DNA of 64,000 bases from Camelus dromedarius (taxonomy: Eukaryota). How positions within the stretch are numbered: the first letter of the stretch is position 1; every line of letters begins with the position of its first letter. Positions 25,701 to 39,243 of this stretch are shown here, piece after piece. The stretch spans positions 87,422,001 through 87,486,000 of the forward strand of contig NC_087437.1 in NCBI RefSeq assembly GCF_036321535.1. The letters run 5' to 3'. Made by a program: the position numbers and the translations under genes. The notes under the pieces were generated by a model that saw nothing but the letters and a program-made list of their open reading frames with translations, searched no databases and was not told the origin of the DNA.

Positions 25701-27777
25701 TCTGTGTGTCTGTGTGGTGTACACACAACACAGGACCTTCAACTACTATTCTTCCTGTAGCATTGCATCCAATGTTACTCAACTTAGATTCAGCTTATAG
25801 ACGTGACCCCAGAAGCTGGTCTGATTCTAGACACTGAAATTGGGCACAGGTCCTAATATAGGCCAGACCATGGTGTCAGGACGTTATAAACAACAAAAAC
25901 CTTAGTTTAACCCAGAGAATTGACTTAGTAGTTGGCAGGTGGTGGTGTAATTTTTCACAGTATAACCACTGTTTCTTGCACTTTCAATCCATTAAAAGAG
26001 GAGTATTTTATCACAGAGTAAAAACTCATTATATAGCCCATTTCTGTCTATCCACTTATAATACCTTGTCTATTTATTTTCTAAAGCTTCTGCAATGACC
26101 AGATTATGTGTACCTCTGATAGCATTTTTATTGACTGCCAAAAGTATATTCTTACATCCAATTCACGTTCAGAACAAGGAATCTTAAAATAATACCAAAA
26201 CGTGAGCCAAAAGTATGTTCTTATTTCAAATACCACTCAAGTTGATGGCTGACAGCTATAATAAAGCTCCTTGCTATTAACTGATTATCTCATATCCACT
26301 TATGAGTTATGCAGAAATACTCCAGAATTTTTCAGAAGCATTATTTTGATTCTTTATATTTAGAACAAATAATGCTTGGGAGGCTTTAACATAATTTGTA
26401 CAAAATTTAAAACTGAAATTTGTTTTCAAAGACACAGATGCAGTTAAGGAGTGAAATAAGTTGCCCTTTTCCCAAAAATTAAAAATGAGAATTGATATTC
26501 CCCTACTAAGATGACAGTATTCCCCTAATAAATGTGTCATCTCTATTTATCATCCATATTTTACTTTAATTTGAACTTCAATGACTTAGTGGAAATTAAT
26601 ACAAAAAATTTTTAAATGTTTATACTATGTTAAAGTTATTATATTTCAAAAATAAATGTTTACTTTTAGTATTTTTAAAAATAAAGAAACATGAATCTCC
26701 AGAACAGAACTATTCTTCTAACTGGCTTTATTTATTTTGTAGGTATTATGATTTATTTCATCTTGGATTCCTTCTGATTCTCTGGTCAACCATGTTTACA
26801 ATATTGTTTCATCTTAATGTACTGAGTAATAAAAGTTGAAAGTGACTTGATTAGATTGAATTCTGAATAGAAAGAATTCAAAGTATTATATAACTTGCTT
26901 TGCAATCATCTTGAGTCATGTCTACACAGTAAAATCAATTCTAGCATGTTTCCAATGTTTCAGGTGACCAAATGGGTAACCTCAGCAAAATTACCTTTGA
27001 GGGTACACAGTGAATGCTGGCATAGATGACAAAGTTCATAGCAAGTTAATCAAAATCCTGTTATAATTAAAAATGGGATACCTGAATTTAAATAAACTGA
27101 AAACAAAGTAAACTTCTATGTAGGAAAAAAATCTATTTTGTAATTTGAGCTTCCATTAATTTGTTCATTTATTCTCAAAAAATACTAAACATACTAAGTC
27201 TCCACTATGTTCCAAGCATTCTTGTAGAATTCTAATTTCTAGAATATTAATAGTGAACAAAAATTAATTACTCCACTTTGAAGTTTGAGTTAGATAGGTG
27301 AGACAGGTAACAAACAAATAAACAGAAATACAGTATAATAGCAATTTGTGCTAAATACTATGAAAAAATTAAAATTAATGTGTTACTGAAATTTAACTGA
27401 GATATGAAAGATAAGAAGTAGTTATCCAAGGAAATAGGAAGATTATGGATATTTCAGGAAGTGATAATAGACTAAGGTAAAATGCTTTGTGGAAGGAAAG
27501 AGTTTGGTGATATCAAAAAAAAACTTAAGTAAGTAGGCATCACTGGATTAGGTGAAAGAGGGCATGGGGTAAACTGAAGGTGCAGAGATCACAGATGTTA
27601 GATAATATTAGCGTTCGATTAGAGTTCTTTATGTCATTATAATAATTTACAATCCTGCTGTATTTCTTTTTCTTAAAAAGAAATAAATTTATTTCTTCTT
27701 TTTAAGAAGATAAATTACATGACTAGAATTCTATATTTTAAAGATTATTGTGTCCTTTGCAGGATTTTTTAATTCCC

Positions 27778-28761
27778 TTTTTAAAAATATTTTTATTGAA
27801 GTATAGTCAGTTTACAATGTGTCAATTTCTGGTGTACAGCACAATACTTCAGTCATATAGGAACATACATATATTCATTTTCATCATAGGTTACTACAAG
27901 ATACTGAATATAGTTCCCTGTGCTATACAGTATAAACTTATGGTTTATCTATTTTATGTATATTAGTATCTGCAAATCTTGAACTCCCAATTTATCCCTT
28001 CCCATCTCCTCCCCACTGGTAACTATAAATTTGCTTTCTATGTCTGTGAGTCTGTTTCTGTTTTGTAAATAAGTTTGTTTGTCTTTTTGTTTTAGATTAC
28101 ACATATATGTGATAGTGGTATTTTTCTTTCTCTTTCTGGCTTACTTCACTTAGAATGACATTCTCCAAGTTCATCTATGTTGCTGCAAATGGCATTTTTA
28201 AATTCTTTTTATGGCTGAGTAGTATTCCATTGTATAAATATACCACAACTTCTTTATCCAGTCATCTGTCAATAGATATTTAGGTTGTTTCTATGTCTTG
28301 GCCATTGTAAATAGTGCTACTGTGAACATTAGGGTGCATGTATTTTTTTGAATTAAGGTTCCCTCTGGATATATGCCCAAGAGTAGGATTGCTGGGTCAT
28401 ATGGTAAGTCGATTTTTGGTATTTTGAGGAATCTCCATACTCTTTTCCATAATGGCTGCACCAAACTACATTCCTGCCAACAGTGTGGTAGGGTTCCCTT
28501 TTCTCTACACCCTCTCCAGCATTTATCATTTGTGGACTTTTGAATGATGGCCATTCTGACTGGTGTGAGGTGATACCTCATTGTAGGTTTGATTCGCATT
28601 TCTCTGGTAATTAGCAATATTGAGCATTTTTTCTTGTACCTATTGACCATTCATATGTCTTCATTGGAGAATTGCTTGTTTAGATCTTCTGCCCATTTTT
28701 GAGTTTGGTTGTTTGTTTGTTTTCTTATTAAGTTGTATGAGCTGTTTATATATTCTGGAGA
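27778..28761 (-). mobile_element. 5'-truncated L1 (ORF2 C-terminus + 3' UTR)
   Basis: ORF 28291-28650(-) has [13 protein letters not shown]...[19 protein letters not shown]; 3' UTR ttttattgaagtatagtcagtttacaatg. No clear TSD found. Confidence 0.95.
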
Positions 28762-29789
28762 TTTAAGGGATGAAAACTGGACCAGAAGAGGGAAAGCCAA
28801 TTAAGAAGTAGGAGGTTGTTGTTGAGTATAGTAGACAGAGGTATAGTGGCATAAGCTAGGGTGGTGAAATATAGATACTAGTAGACAGATTGCAATGTAT
28901 TTTTTAGGTAACATGTATGATACTTTGTAAAACATTGCATGAGGGTAGGCAGATAGAAGTAAAAAGGAAATTCCCAAACATTTAAGTTAAGCAACTGAGT
29001 CAATGTCACTAAGTAAAACATGAAAAGTGATTGTGGGGTGGTTATGATGCAATTGTTGGGCGGGTCATGTAATTTTGTGGTGCATGTGAAAGCCATGTGA
29101 GAAGCTGTATAAAATGATAATCTGGAATTTAAGGAAAAAATTGAGATCCCACAACACAGAAATATTAATTAAAGCTATGTGACTGGAAAAAGGTAATCTG
29201 GATAGAAATTGTAGGGGAAAAAAGGACCTTAGGGCCAAATCCTAAAAAAAAAAAAAAAAAGTGATGCATTGTGGTCCTGTTGAGATGAGAACCTAGTTAA
29301 TGTAGTTTCCAAATAAGCACCAATAATGACACAAGGAAAACCAGGAAAGCATGTCATGAAAGCCAAGAAATATATTTTAAAGGACTTTTTTAAACTATGT
29401 TCACTGCTACAAAGAGATCTAAGAATCTAATAAGGCTGAAAGGTTTGCATTGTGTTTAGACAATAAGGAAGTTCTTGGTGATTTTCATAGAATGTTTTTT
29501 GAAAAGTAGTGTGATTAGAAGCTAGAGAGTTGTAGATAAAAAATGCATTGAAGTTGAGAGGTATATACAGAAAAAGTTTATCTTTGATAAGAACTTCAGT
29601 TAGGGAAACAGAAGAACATTTGCTTCAAGGAAGATTTTGGGCATGTTTGAATTGTTTTAAAGGTAATTCTAGGTCATGTTGAATATTTATGGGGATGATC
29701 TCATTGAGAAGAAGGTAAAGTTTTACAAGAGAGTCACAAAAAGTATAGCAAAGACTTTTCTAAAATATTGAAGAGGTGACATTTTTTTT

Positions 29790-30250
29790 TTATCTTGATT
29801 GCAAACCAGCATGGTAACCTGCCTCATTTTTATGGCTTTAGACTAGTGGAACAGAAATCCTGTGCTGCAGGCTTGTGCCAACTTCTCTTGCCTCCCAAGT
29901 CTTATGAGAATGAAGCAGATTGGCCCAGGTTGACACTGGATGCAATGGTTTTCTTCAAAGCTGAGGAAAGCTCAGCTCAGGGAAATGGAATCTTTTACAA
30001 TAGACAGCAAGAAAATCTCCCCAATCCTGCTTTGATGGAAAACATTATCTTTATAATACAAGATGGCAAACACATCTATCTGCCCTGTACCCCAGATAGA
30101 GACGCTATTTTATCTTCCAAGGATGTTAACTACATGAATAATCTTGAAAAGATAATTCAGAATAAATGCTGTCAGTGTCTCCATTTGAATTGTGCAGAAA
30201 CATGAGAAATTCATAGATAATCATCTTCTAATTAGATTCTGATACCAACA
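29790..30250 (-). mobile_element. ERV1 solo LTR (MER31/MER67-like)
   Basis: Reverse complement reads tctcatgtttctgcaca...gacactgacagcattt...tatcttttcaag...ccttggaagata...gtctct, as in recalled MER31/MER67 consensus. Confidence 0.7.
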
Positions 30251-32924
30251 AGATGTATTAGCTATTAAGTTTTGCAAGAAGAAAGGACATTTCTTCTATT
30301 TCAAAGGATGGAAGAAAGAGAAGATCCAGGTAGATGAAGGTAAGTTTTGGACTGATTGAATATGTGTCTTGTTAATGAAATATAGGTAAAGTCGTCTGGG
30401 ATTGAAGTAAGGAGGGTTATAGAGAATGGGAACATACAAATTCATTATTGTAGCAAATGAGAAAGTAAATTTAGTGAGAAACAACCTGCTGGAAGAATTA
30501 TTGCTTTGAGATTATGGATCATGAATTCATAGTGGTATCAGTCTACATGGTTATACAACTGTCTTTAGAAATCAGTTATATTCCAAACAGGCTGATGTTT
30601 CCCAGATTTGAGCAACAAAACTAAAAGGGTCAAAAAAACATAAAGTACTGTATGGACAATTGATAAATTATGGTAGTTAACCTGGATAAGGAGAGAAGTT
30701 TTGAGAGGATGTGACAAATTGATTGGAAGAAGAATGTGAAAATGTCAATGGATGAATCTTAATAAGTTTTAAGAATCATTTTACTAAAATACTGTAGCAA
30801 AAATTATTAGACAACTTTCAGCAGAGGGTGGAATATTTGAATTAATTATTTTAGTTGTAGTGGATTTTCTGGTAATGATAAGGTGTGGTTGAAGAAGTGG
30901 GTGATTTAGAAGGCATAAAGCAAGCCGTCGTTGGAATAAGGAAGTCAAATAACAGAAACGCAAAAGTGACAGATGAATTTCCATGATAGTTACTGAAATT
31001 ACCTAGAAAGATTGCACAAGTAGGTGTGGACAAGGAGTCAAAGCCTTCATTTATTTAAGTGAGATGAACAGAAAGTTGATATGTGAGATTAATGAGGAGA
31101 CAAGAGAGTATGTAGCATCATGGTGTGAGCTCAAGGGAACAGTTTTTAAAAAGGAACATAATGAGTTTTTTATTCCTTTTTAGATTATAAATTCATAATA
31201 TAATTTATTATAAGTTCATAGATTAATATTTAAAATTATTTATACTCAATATTTAAGGTCATTTAATTTTTATAGTAAAATTTTTATAAGGGTTTCTCAT
31301 TTCCATTCATAATATTTTAATTACTTTTTAAATATTTTTACTTTAACTGGGGCTTTGTTAATTCTGAGCATCTAGAAAATGAAAACAAGTAAGTCAAAGT
31401 TAAAGTAAAAATGTCCTCAGTGTATTTATTTCAAAGTGCAAAATGACTATAGTCATTCTATCAGTATTTAACTTTGCAATAAGAACACATTCTGACTACT
31501 GCATTTAATTCTTACTGTATTTATAGGAAGGACACCACTAAGATTGAAAAGGTCAAGCAAAATGACAGTAACTAATTCAAAAATGAGATGTCAAGATTGA
31601 AGCTATAAAGCAGGGATTAACCTATAAGCAATTCAAGTACATTTATAGAGACACACACACACACATAGGCACACACAAAAGCTAGTTTAAAAGTATTTGA
31701 AAATAAATTGACAAGGTCAACAAAAGCAGCAAATTATGTGAGCTGAAGAGTGAACTTTTGTAAAACAGGGAAAGTAAAGGTAAACTCGAAGACTAGAAAG
31801 TATTTGTTTTAGAAATAAAACATTTATACTATATGCACTACTATTGAGCTGTATTTATAATAAGAGAAATACATATTTATATTATTGGTATAAATTAAGA
31901 AACTAATCATGTCGTTAACTTGTTACTTTATTGTCCTGTGTTCATGGTAATTATTGTTATGAATGCTAGCCTATGTTGCAGTTTGGGTTTAAGAAAGGAT
32001 ATTCCACATTGAAAATAAATTTGTTAGAATATTGACAAGTACTTTCTAATGCTATTTAAATCTATGATTTATTGAAAGAGCTTAAAATGAAATCAAAGAA
32101 ATATATTTTCAAGTTATTCATAGAATAGTAATAATTTACTGAACTAAGCACTAAACATTGTGCTAGCACTTTAATTATCCCCTTTAATCTTCATCCTATC
32201 AGGTTAGTGCCATTGTCATTCTCCACTGACACACAAAAATCTAAGATATGCATAAATCAAGTTTAAAGTTACATATTATTAAATATTGGACCTGAGTTCC
32301 CAACCCCATAACTAAGCTTTATACCATATCTTGAATTTTGATGAGACATTGAGAATGAATATAACTGAGCTTCCCACCTGAAACATAAACCCACTAGACT
32401 AGAAAGAGCTTATAATGAAACATGTTCTACTATTGTGCCCTTTCCAATCTATGACAGAAATCATCTATCAATAACAACAGAAATGTAAGTATTGGTAAAA
32501 TTGCTAGATTCAGACCCAGAATGTACCTCAGCACACTTAGAAACTACCATCAACACCTGGAAGTTAACTCTTGGGATAAAACCTATTCATTTAACTGTGA
32601 GCTCCACAAGGATGACTCCAAGATTTCTATCTCCAGAATCAAACACATTCTTAGCACGGTTTTAATATTCATTGGTGTATCTAATGTCATTAAAGTTTGT
32701 GAACATATAGCCAGATAATTAATATTCACAAGTAACACCATGAATATTTATTTAAAGCATCTATATGATAATACTTCTGTAGTAGGTAAGGCATTGCAAC
32801 TGAAAACTGAGATGAGCAAAATTATTGCATTTATTTTTTCCTCAAATCAACCTAAATCTGATTTTGAACAGGAATTTTGTTGTATTGGAAATAAATTTAT
32901 TTAATCTTAAACATAATCATCAGT

Positions 32925-33643
32925 CAATAGGAACAAGGCATGTCCCTATTTATCATTTCTTTTCAAGATTATCCTGGAAGTCCCTGCTAATGGAATAAAA
33001 TAAGAAAGAAGTAAAAGGTATACAAATTGGGAAGGAAGAAATAAAACTCTTTATTCACAAATAGCATACAAAATCTGAAAGAACCAACAAAAAATTTCTA
33101 GGACTAATAAACAATTACAGCATGGTTGCAGGTTAAAAAAGTCAATCACAATCCTAAATACCAAAAATAAGTAAGGGGAAGTTGAAATTTATAACACAAT
33201 AGCATTTATACTAGCAACCAAAAAATGAAATACTTAGGTATGAATGTAACAAAGTATGTACAAAGTCTGCATGAGGAAAATATTTTCTAAAATCTCCAAT
33301 TAATAAAATCAAAGAACTATAATACATGGATAGATATTCCATGTTCATGGCTAAGAAACCTCAATATTGTCAACATGTCAGTTCTTCCCAAATTGATCTA
33401 TAGATTCAATGCAATCCCAACCAAAATCTTAACAAGTTATTTTGTGAATAGTAACAACATTCCAAAATTTGTATGGAGAAGCAAAAGATGCAGCATACCC
33501 AAAATAATACTGAAGGAGAAGAACAGAGTTGGAGGGCTGACACTACCTGACTTCATGATATACTATAAAGCTACAGTGTTCAAGACAGTGACAAAAGAAT
33601 AAACAATTCAATAAACAGAACAGAAGAAAGAACCCAGAAATAG

Positions 33644-33675
<32 letters not shown>

Positions 33676-34275
33676 GACATATATATAAATGACAGAGTAG
33701 CGAAGGCAATACAGTGAAGCAAAGAAATAGTGTTGACATATAAGCATCCACATGTGAAAAAAAAAAAAAAGGACCTAGATACAGACCTTACACCCTTCAC
33801 AACACTTAACTCAGAATGCATCATAGACCTAAATTTAAAATGCAAAACATAGGAGAAAATTTAGAAGACCTTGGAATTGGTGATGACTATTTTTAGGTAC
33901 AACTCTGAAGATATGATTTACTAAAGAAAGAATTAATAAACTGGACTTCACTAATTAAAAAATTCTGCTCTATACAAGATGGTATCAAGAGAATAGAAAG
34001 ACAATCCACAAACTGGTGGGGAAAATATTTGGAAAAGACATATCTGATAGAAGACGTATCCAAAATATAAAAGAACTCTTAAAACTCAACAATAAGAAAA
34101 AAACATTCCTAAGTTGGCCACAATAATGATAACTCTACTTCTGCTCAATATTGCTGTAAGCCTAAAACTGCTCTAAAAATAAAGTTTATTTTTACAAACA
34201 GGCAAAGGATGTGAATAGATAGTTCTCCAAAGAAGATATACAAATGGCAAATAAGCACATGAAAAGATGCTCAGC
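32925..34275 (+). mobile_element. Old L1M ORF2 fragment (outer element of nested stack)
   Basis: ORF 33375-33602 [15 protein letters not shown]...GGLTLPDF..YYKATV; ends gcacatgaaaagatgctcagc where the next L1 begins. Confidence 0.9.
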
Positions 34276-35257
34276 GTGAGGAAAGAAGGAGGGGAACAAG
34301 ATGGTGGACTAGGAATATCCTGGGCTTGCCTCCTCTCACAGACCACCAAACCTACAACTACACATAGAGTAACTACCTCTGAGAACAACCTGAAGACTAG
34401 CAGAAAAGATTTTCCACAACTAAGGACAAAAAATTAAGACACACTGAGACAAAGTAGGAGGAGTGGAGATGGAATGTGACTGACACACAACCCCACTGCA
34501 GCAATGCAAAATTGGGAGAAATATCAGTCATGGAGGCCCTCCCTGAGGAGCAAGGGTTACAAACCTCGTATTGATCTCCCCAGCTTGAGGGACCTGCACA
34601 GAAGAGATGAGCCCCCTGAAAAGCTGACTGAAAACCAACAGGGCTTACTCTGGGAGAGCCAGAGGTCTGTAGGAAACTCACACTCTGCTCTGAAAGGGCA
34701 TGCACAAAACCTCCCAACACAGAGGCAGCAGCCTGGGTTGTATGTGAAGATTCATTGACTAATTTTAGGGTATGTGCCTAAAGAATAGGGATCTGCTGGA
34801 ATGTCATTCAGGTTTGGAGGCACTGACTTGTGCCACTTTTTTTGCTCCCCTTCTACTTACCTGACCTGAGGCTGGTGGATGCATTTGTGACTCTCCACCA
34901 ATCTCACTAGCACTGGTCCCCAGGTTATCTGTGGACCTGAGCCAGCTGGTGCTTCTCCAAATCAGCCCCCTACTCTGGGGGCTGGTCTGGCACACCAGAG
35001 CTCCGATAATAATCACAGCCAGGCCCTACAGCCATCCATGCCTGGGGCCAGCCCCCTCACTAGTGTATCCTCAGCAATCATGGCCTAGCCAGAATAGGAG
35101 GGCACATGCAGCCCAGACAGAAGAGACACCTGGTTCTTACAGCCAGAGAGCACTGCACTACTGGGCCCCCAGGACACCTTTTACATAAAACTATTTCTTC
35201 ATGACTGGGAGACATAGCTGATCAGACAATACATAAATAAACACAGAGAGTTAGTCA

Positions 35258-36132
35258 AAAGAAGAAGGCAATGGAATATGTTCCAATCAAGAGAACAAGA
35301 CAAAATCTCAGATAAAGAACTAAAGAAAACGGAGTTAAATAATCTAACAAAGAGTTCCAAATAATGGTCATAAAAATGCAAACCAAATTCAGCAGAAGAA
35401 TGGAGAAACATGGAACTCCAACAAAGAGATAGAAAATATTAAAAAAAGAACCAGTCAAAGCTGAAGAATACAATAACTGAAGCAAAAAACACACTAGAGG
35501 GAACATACAGCAGATCAGAAAATGCAGAAGAGTGGCTCAATGATCTGGAACACAGGGTAATGAAAATCACTCAGTTGGAACAGCAAAAATAAAAAAAAAA
35601 ATGAGGCTAGTTTAAGGGGCCTCTGAGACAACATCAAGCATGCTAACATCGGCATTATATGGATCCAAGGAGAAGAGAGAGAGAGAAAGGGACTGAAGAC
35701 ATATTTGAAGAAATAATGGCTGAAAACTTCCCTCCCTGGGCACAGTAAACAGACATCTATGTTCAGGAAGCACAAAAAAGGTGAACCCCAAAAGACCCAC
35801 ACCAAAACAGTAATTAAAATGTCAGTAGTTACAGATAAAGAGAGAATGGCAAAAGGAAAAAGAGTAAAACTCCTACTTACATATAAGGGAGCCCGCATAT
35901 GATTATTAGTTGACTGTTCAGCAGAAATTTTATAGGCCAGAAGGGAGTGGCACAATATATTCAAAGTGCTAAGAGGGAAAAAAAAAAAAAAACTTACAAC
36001 CAAGAATACTCTATTTCGCAAAGATATCATTCAGAATTGAAGGAGAGAGAGAGTTTCCCAGACAATCAAAATCTAAAGGAGTAAATCACCATCAAACCAG
36101 CCTTACCAGAAATGATAAAGGGACTTCTTTAA
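35258..36132 (+). pseudogene. Disrupted L1 ORF1 (ORF1p RNA-binding protein)
   Basis: aatatgttccaa...gaacaagacaaa (NMFQ..EQDK-like), gacaacatcaagc, atatttgaagaaataatggctgaaaacttccc (IFEEIMAENFP), agaagggagtggc, ends ggacttctttaa; multiple stops and frameshifts. Confidence 0.85.
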
Positions 36133-36237
36133 ACAAAAAAAACAGATGTAACTAGAAATACGAAAATTATGAAAGGAAATATTCTCACTGATAAAGGCAA
36201 ACATATAGCTAGTATGGAGGTTAAAAGACAAACATAG

Positions 36238-38277
36238 GTAAAAGTGTCATTATATGCTGATGACATGTTACTATATATAGAAAACCCTAAAAGGTCCACA
36301 CAAAAGCTACTAGAGCTGATTGAAGAATTCAGCAAGGTAGCAGGTTACAAAATTAACGTTCAAAAATCAGTTGCATTTCTTTACACTAACGATAAATCAA
36401 TAGAAGAAGAAAGTAAAGAAACAATCCCCTTTAAAATAGCACCCAAAGTCATAAAATATCTGGGAATAAATCTAACCAAGGAGGTGAAAGAATTATACAC
36501 AGAAAACTATAAACCATTGATGAAGGAAATTAAAGAAGGCTTTAAAAAATGGAAAGATATTCCATGCTCTTGGATTGGAAGAATCAATATTGTTAAAATG
36601 GTCACACTGCCCAAGGCAATCTACAGATTTAATGCAATCCCTATCCAATTACCCAGGACATATTTCACAGAACTAGAAAAAAATCATAATAAAATTCATA
36701 CGGAACCATCAAAGACCTAGAATTGCCAAAGCATTACTGAAGAGAAAGAAAGAGGCTGGAGGAATAACTCTCCCAGACTTCAGGCAATACTATACAGCTA
36801 CAGTCATCAAGACAGCATGGTATTGGTACCAAAACAGACATATAGACCAATGGAACAGAATAGAGAGCCCAGAAATGAACCCACAAACTTTTGGTCAACT
36901 CATCTTTGACAAAGGAGGCAAGAATATACATTGGAATAAAGACAGTCTCTTCAGCAAATGGTGTTGGGAAAACTGGACAGCAGCATGTAAAACAATGAAG
37001 CTAGAACACTCCCTTACACCATATACAAAAATCAACTCAAAATGGATTAAAGACTTAAACATAAGACAAGATACAATAAACCTCCTAGAGGAAAACATAG
37101 GCAAAACATTATCTGACATACATTTCAAAAATTTTCTCCTAGAAGAAATAAAAGCAAGAATAAACAAATGGGACCTAATGAAACTTACAAGCTTCTGCAC
37201 AGCAAAGGAAACCAGAAATAAAACAAGAAGAAAACCTACGGAATGGGAGAAAATTTTTGCAAGTGAAACCGACAGAGGCTTGATCTCCAGAATATATAAG
37301 CAGCTCATACGACTCAATAAGAAAAAAATAAACAACCCAATCCAAAAATGGGCAGAAGACCTAAACAAGCAATTCTCCAAGGAAGACATACAAATGATCA
37401 AAAAGCACATGAAAAAATGCTCAATATCACTAATTATCAGAGAAATGCAAATCAAAACTACAATGAGGTATCACCTCACACCAGTCAGAATGGCCGTCAT
37501 TCAAAAATCCACAAATGACAAATGCTGGAGAGGCTGTGGAGAAAGGGGAACCCTCCTACACTGCTGGTGGGAATGCAGTTTGGTGCAGCCACTATGGAAA
37601 ACAGTGTGGAGATTCCTCAAAAGACTAGGAATAAACTTACCCTATGACCCAGGAATCCCACTCCTGGGCTTGTATCCAGAAGGAAATCTACTTCAGGATG
37701 ACACCTGCACCCCAATGCTCATAGCAGCACTATTTACAATAGCCAAAACATGGAAACAGCCTAAATGTCCATCAACAGGTGACTGGATAAAGAAGAGGTG
37801 GTATATTTATACAATGGAATACTACTCAGCCATAAAAACCGACAACATAATGCCATTTGCAGCAACATGGATGCTCCTGGAGAATGTCATTCTAAGTGAA
37901 GTAAGCCAGAAAGAGAAAGAAAAATACCATATGAGATCGCTCATATGTGGAATCTAAAAAACAAAAACAAAAACAAACAAACAAACAAAAACAAAGCGTA
38001 AATAAAGGACAGAAATAGACTCACAGACAGAGAATACAGACTTGTGGTTACCAGTGGGGTGGAGGGTGGGAAGGGATAGATTGGGATTTCAAAATTGTAG
38101 AATAGACTACACTGTATAGCACAGGGAAATATACACAAAATGTTATGATAACTCACAGAGAAAAAAATGTGACAATGAGTGTGTATATGTCCATGAATAA
38201 CTGAAAAATTGTGCTGAACACTGGAATTTGACACAACATGGTAAAATGATTATAAATCAATAAAAAATGTTAAAAAA
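36238..38277 (+). mobile_element. Young 5'-truncated L1 with exact 15-bp TSD
   Basis: TSD aaaagacaaacatag at 36223-36237 and 38278-38292, tt/aaaa endonuclease site, AATAAA and an A-tail. Confidence 0.97.
36244..37957 (+). pseudogene. L1 ORF2 C-terminal half (RT YADD motif to Cys-rich domain), one frameshift near 36680
   Basis: [44 protein letters not shown] (CX3CX7HX4C), natural end SLICGI*. Lacks the endonuclease and the RT N-terminus. Confidence 0.95.
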
Positions 38278-39243
38278 AAAAGACAAACATAGTTTGGAGG
38301 TTAAAAAGCAAAAGCAGTAAAATAATCTATGTATAAAATACTTAGTTAAGAGATACACAGAGTAAAAACATGTAAACTATAATAACAAAGACAAAATTTG
38401 GGGAGGTGGATAAAAATGTAGTGCTTTTAAATTGCACTCAAACTAAAGTGATCATTAACTTAAAATAGACTGCTATATACATAGTTTATTATATCAGAAC
38501 TTCATGGTAAACAAAAACCAATAAACAATACTAGATGCATAAAAATAAAGAGGAATGCAAACAACAATAAAGAAAGTCATAAAATAATAAAGGAAGAGAG
38601 CAAAAGGAAAAGAAAGAAGAACAACAAAAAACTAGAAAAAATTAACAAAATTGCAATAAGTATATAAGTTCCTCAGAAAATTAAAAATAGAGCTACCGTA
38701 TGAACCAATTATTCCATTTCTGGGTATTTACCCAAAGAAAACAAAAATACTAATTTGAAAAGACATATGCACACCTATGTTCATTGCAATATTATTCACA
38801 ATAGCCAAGATATGAAAGCATCCTGTGTATCAGTTCATAGATGAATCAATAAAGATGTGATATGTGTGTATATATTATATATATGTGTATATATAATATA
38901 CATAATATGTATTTTTGTATGTGTATGAATGCTTCTTGGCTATAATAAAGAAAGAAATCTTGCCATTTTCAGTAACATAGATGGATCTAGAGGGTATTAG
39001 CTAAGTGAAATAAGCCAGACAGAGAAAGACAGATATCATATGATTTGACTTATATGTGGAATCTAAAACAAAACAAAATGAAATGGAAACCTAGTCATAG
39101 AGAGAACAAACTGGTGGTTGGGGGTTGTGCTAAATAGATGAGGGGGATCAGGAAGTACAGACTTCCAGTTAGAAGATAAATAGGCCATGAGGATATAATG
39201 TACAACATAAGGAATACAGTCAATAATACTGTAATAACTTTGT

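Larger units (their letters stand above)
27160..31140 (-). mobile_element. Long degraded L2, interrupted by an L1 (27778-28761) and an LTR (29790-30250)
   Basis: ttcatttattc...cactatgttccaagca...gtgaacaa, later tcatgaaagccaagaaa, caataaggaagttcttggtgatttt; purine-rich texture typical of reverse L2. Confidence 0.6.
34277..39243 (+). mobile_element. L1 with 5' UTR + ORF1 + spacer, ORF2 almost entirely absent, 3' UTR truncated; hosts a young L1 at 36238-38277
   Basis: 5' start gggaacaagatggtgga, GC-richer UTR, ORF1 remnant, then ORF2 start joined directly to the ORF2 C-terminal sequence at ~38668. Confidence 0.85.

Noticed and set aside
29795..30205. 136-aa ORF
   Set aside because: Lies antisense within a MER31/MER67-like LTR, starts at TTG and has no recognisable protein motif.
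35515..37455. 171-aa and 186-aa minus-strand ORFs
   Set aside because: Antisense shadows of L1 ORF1 and ORF2.
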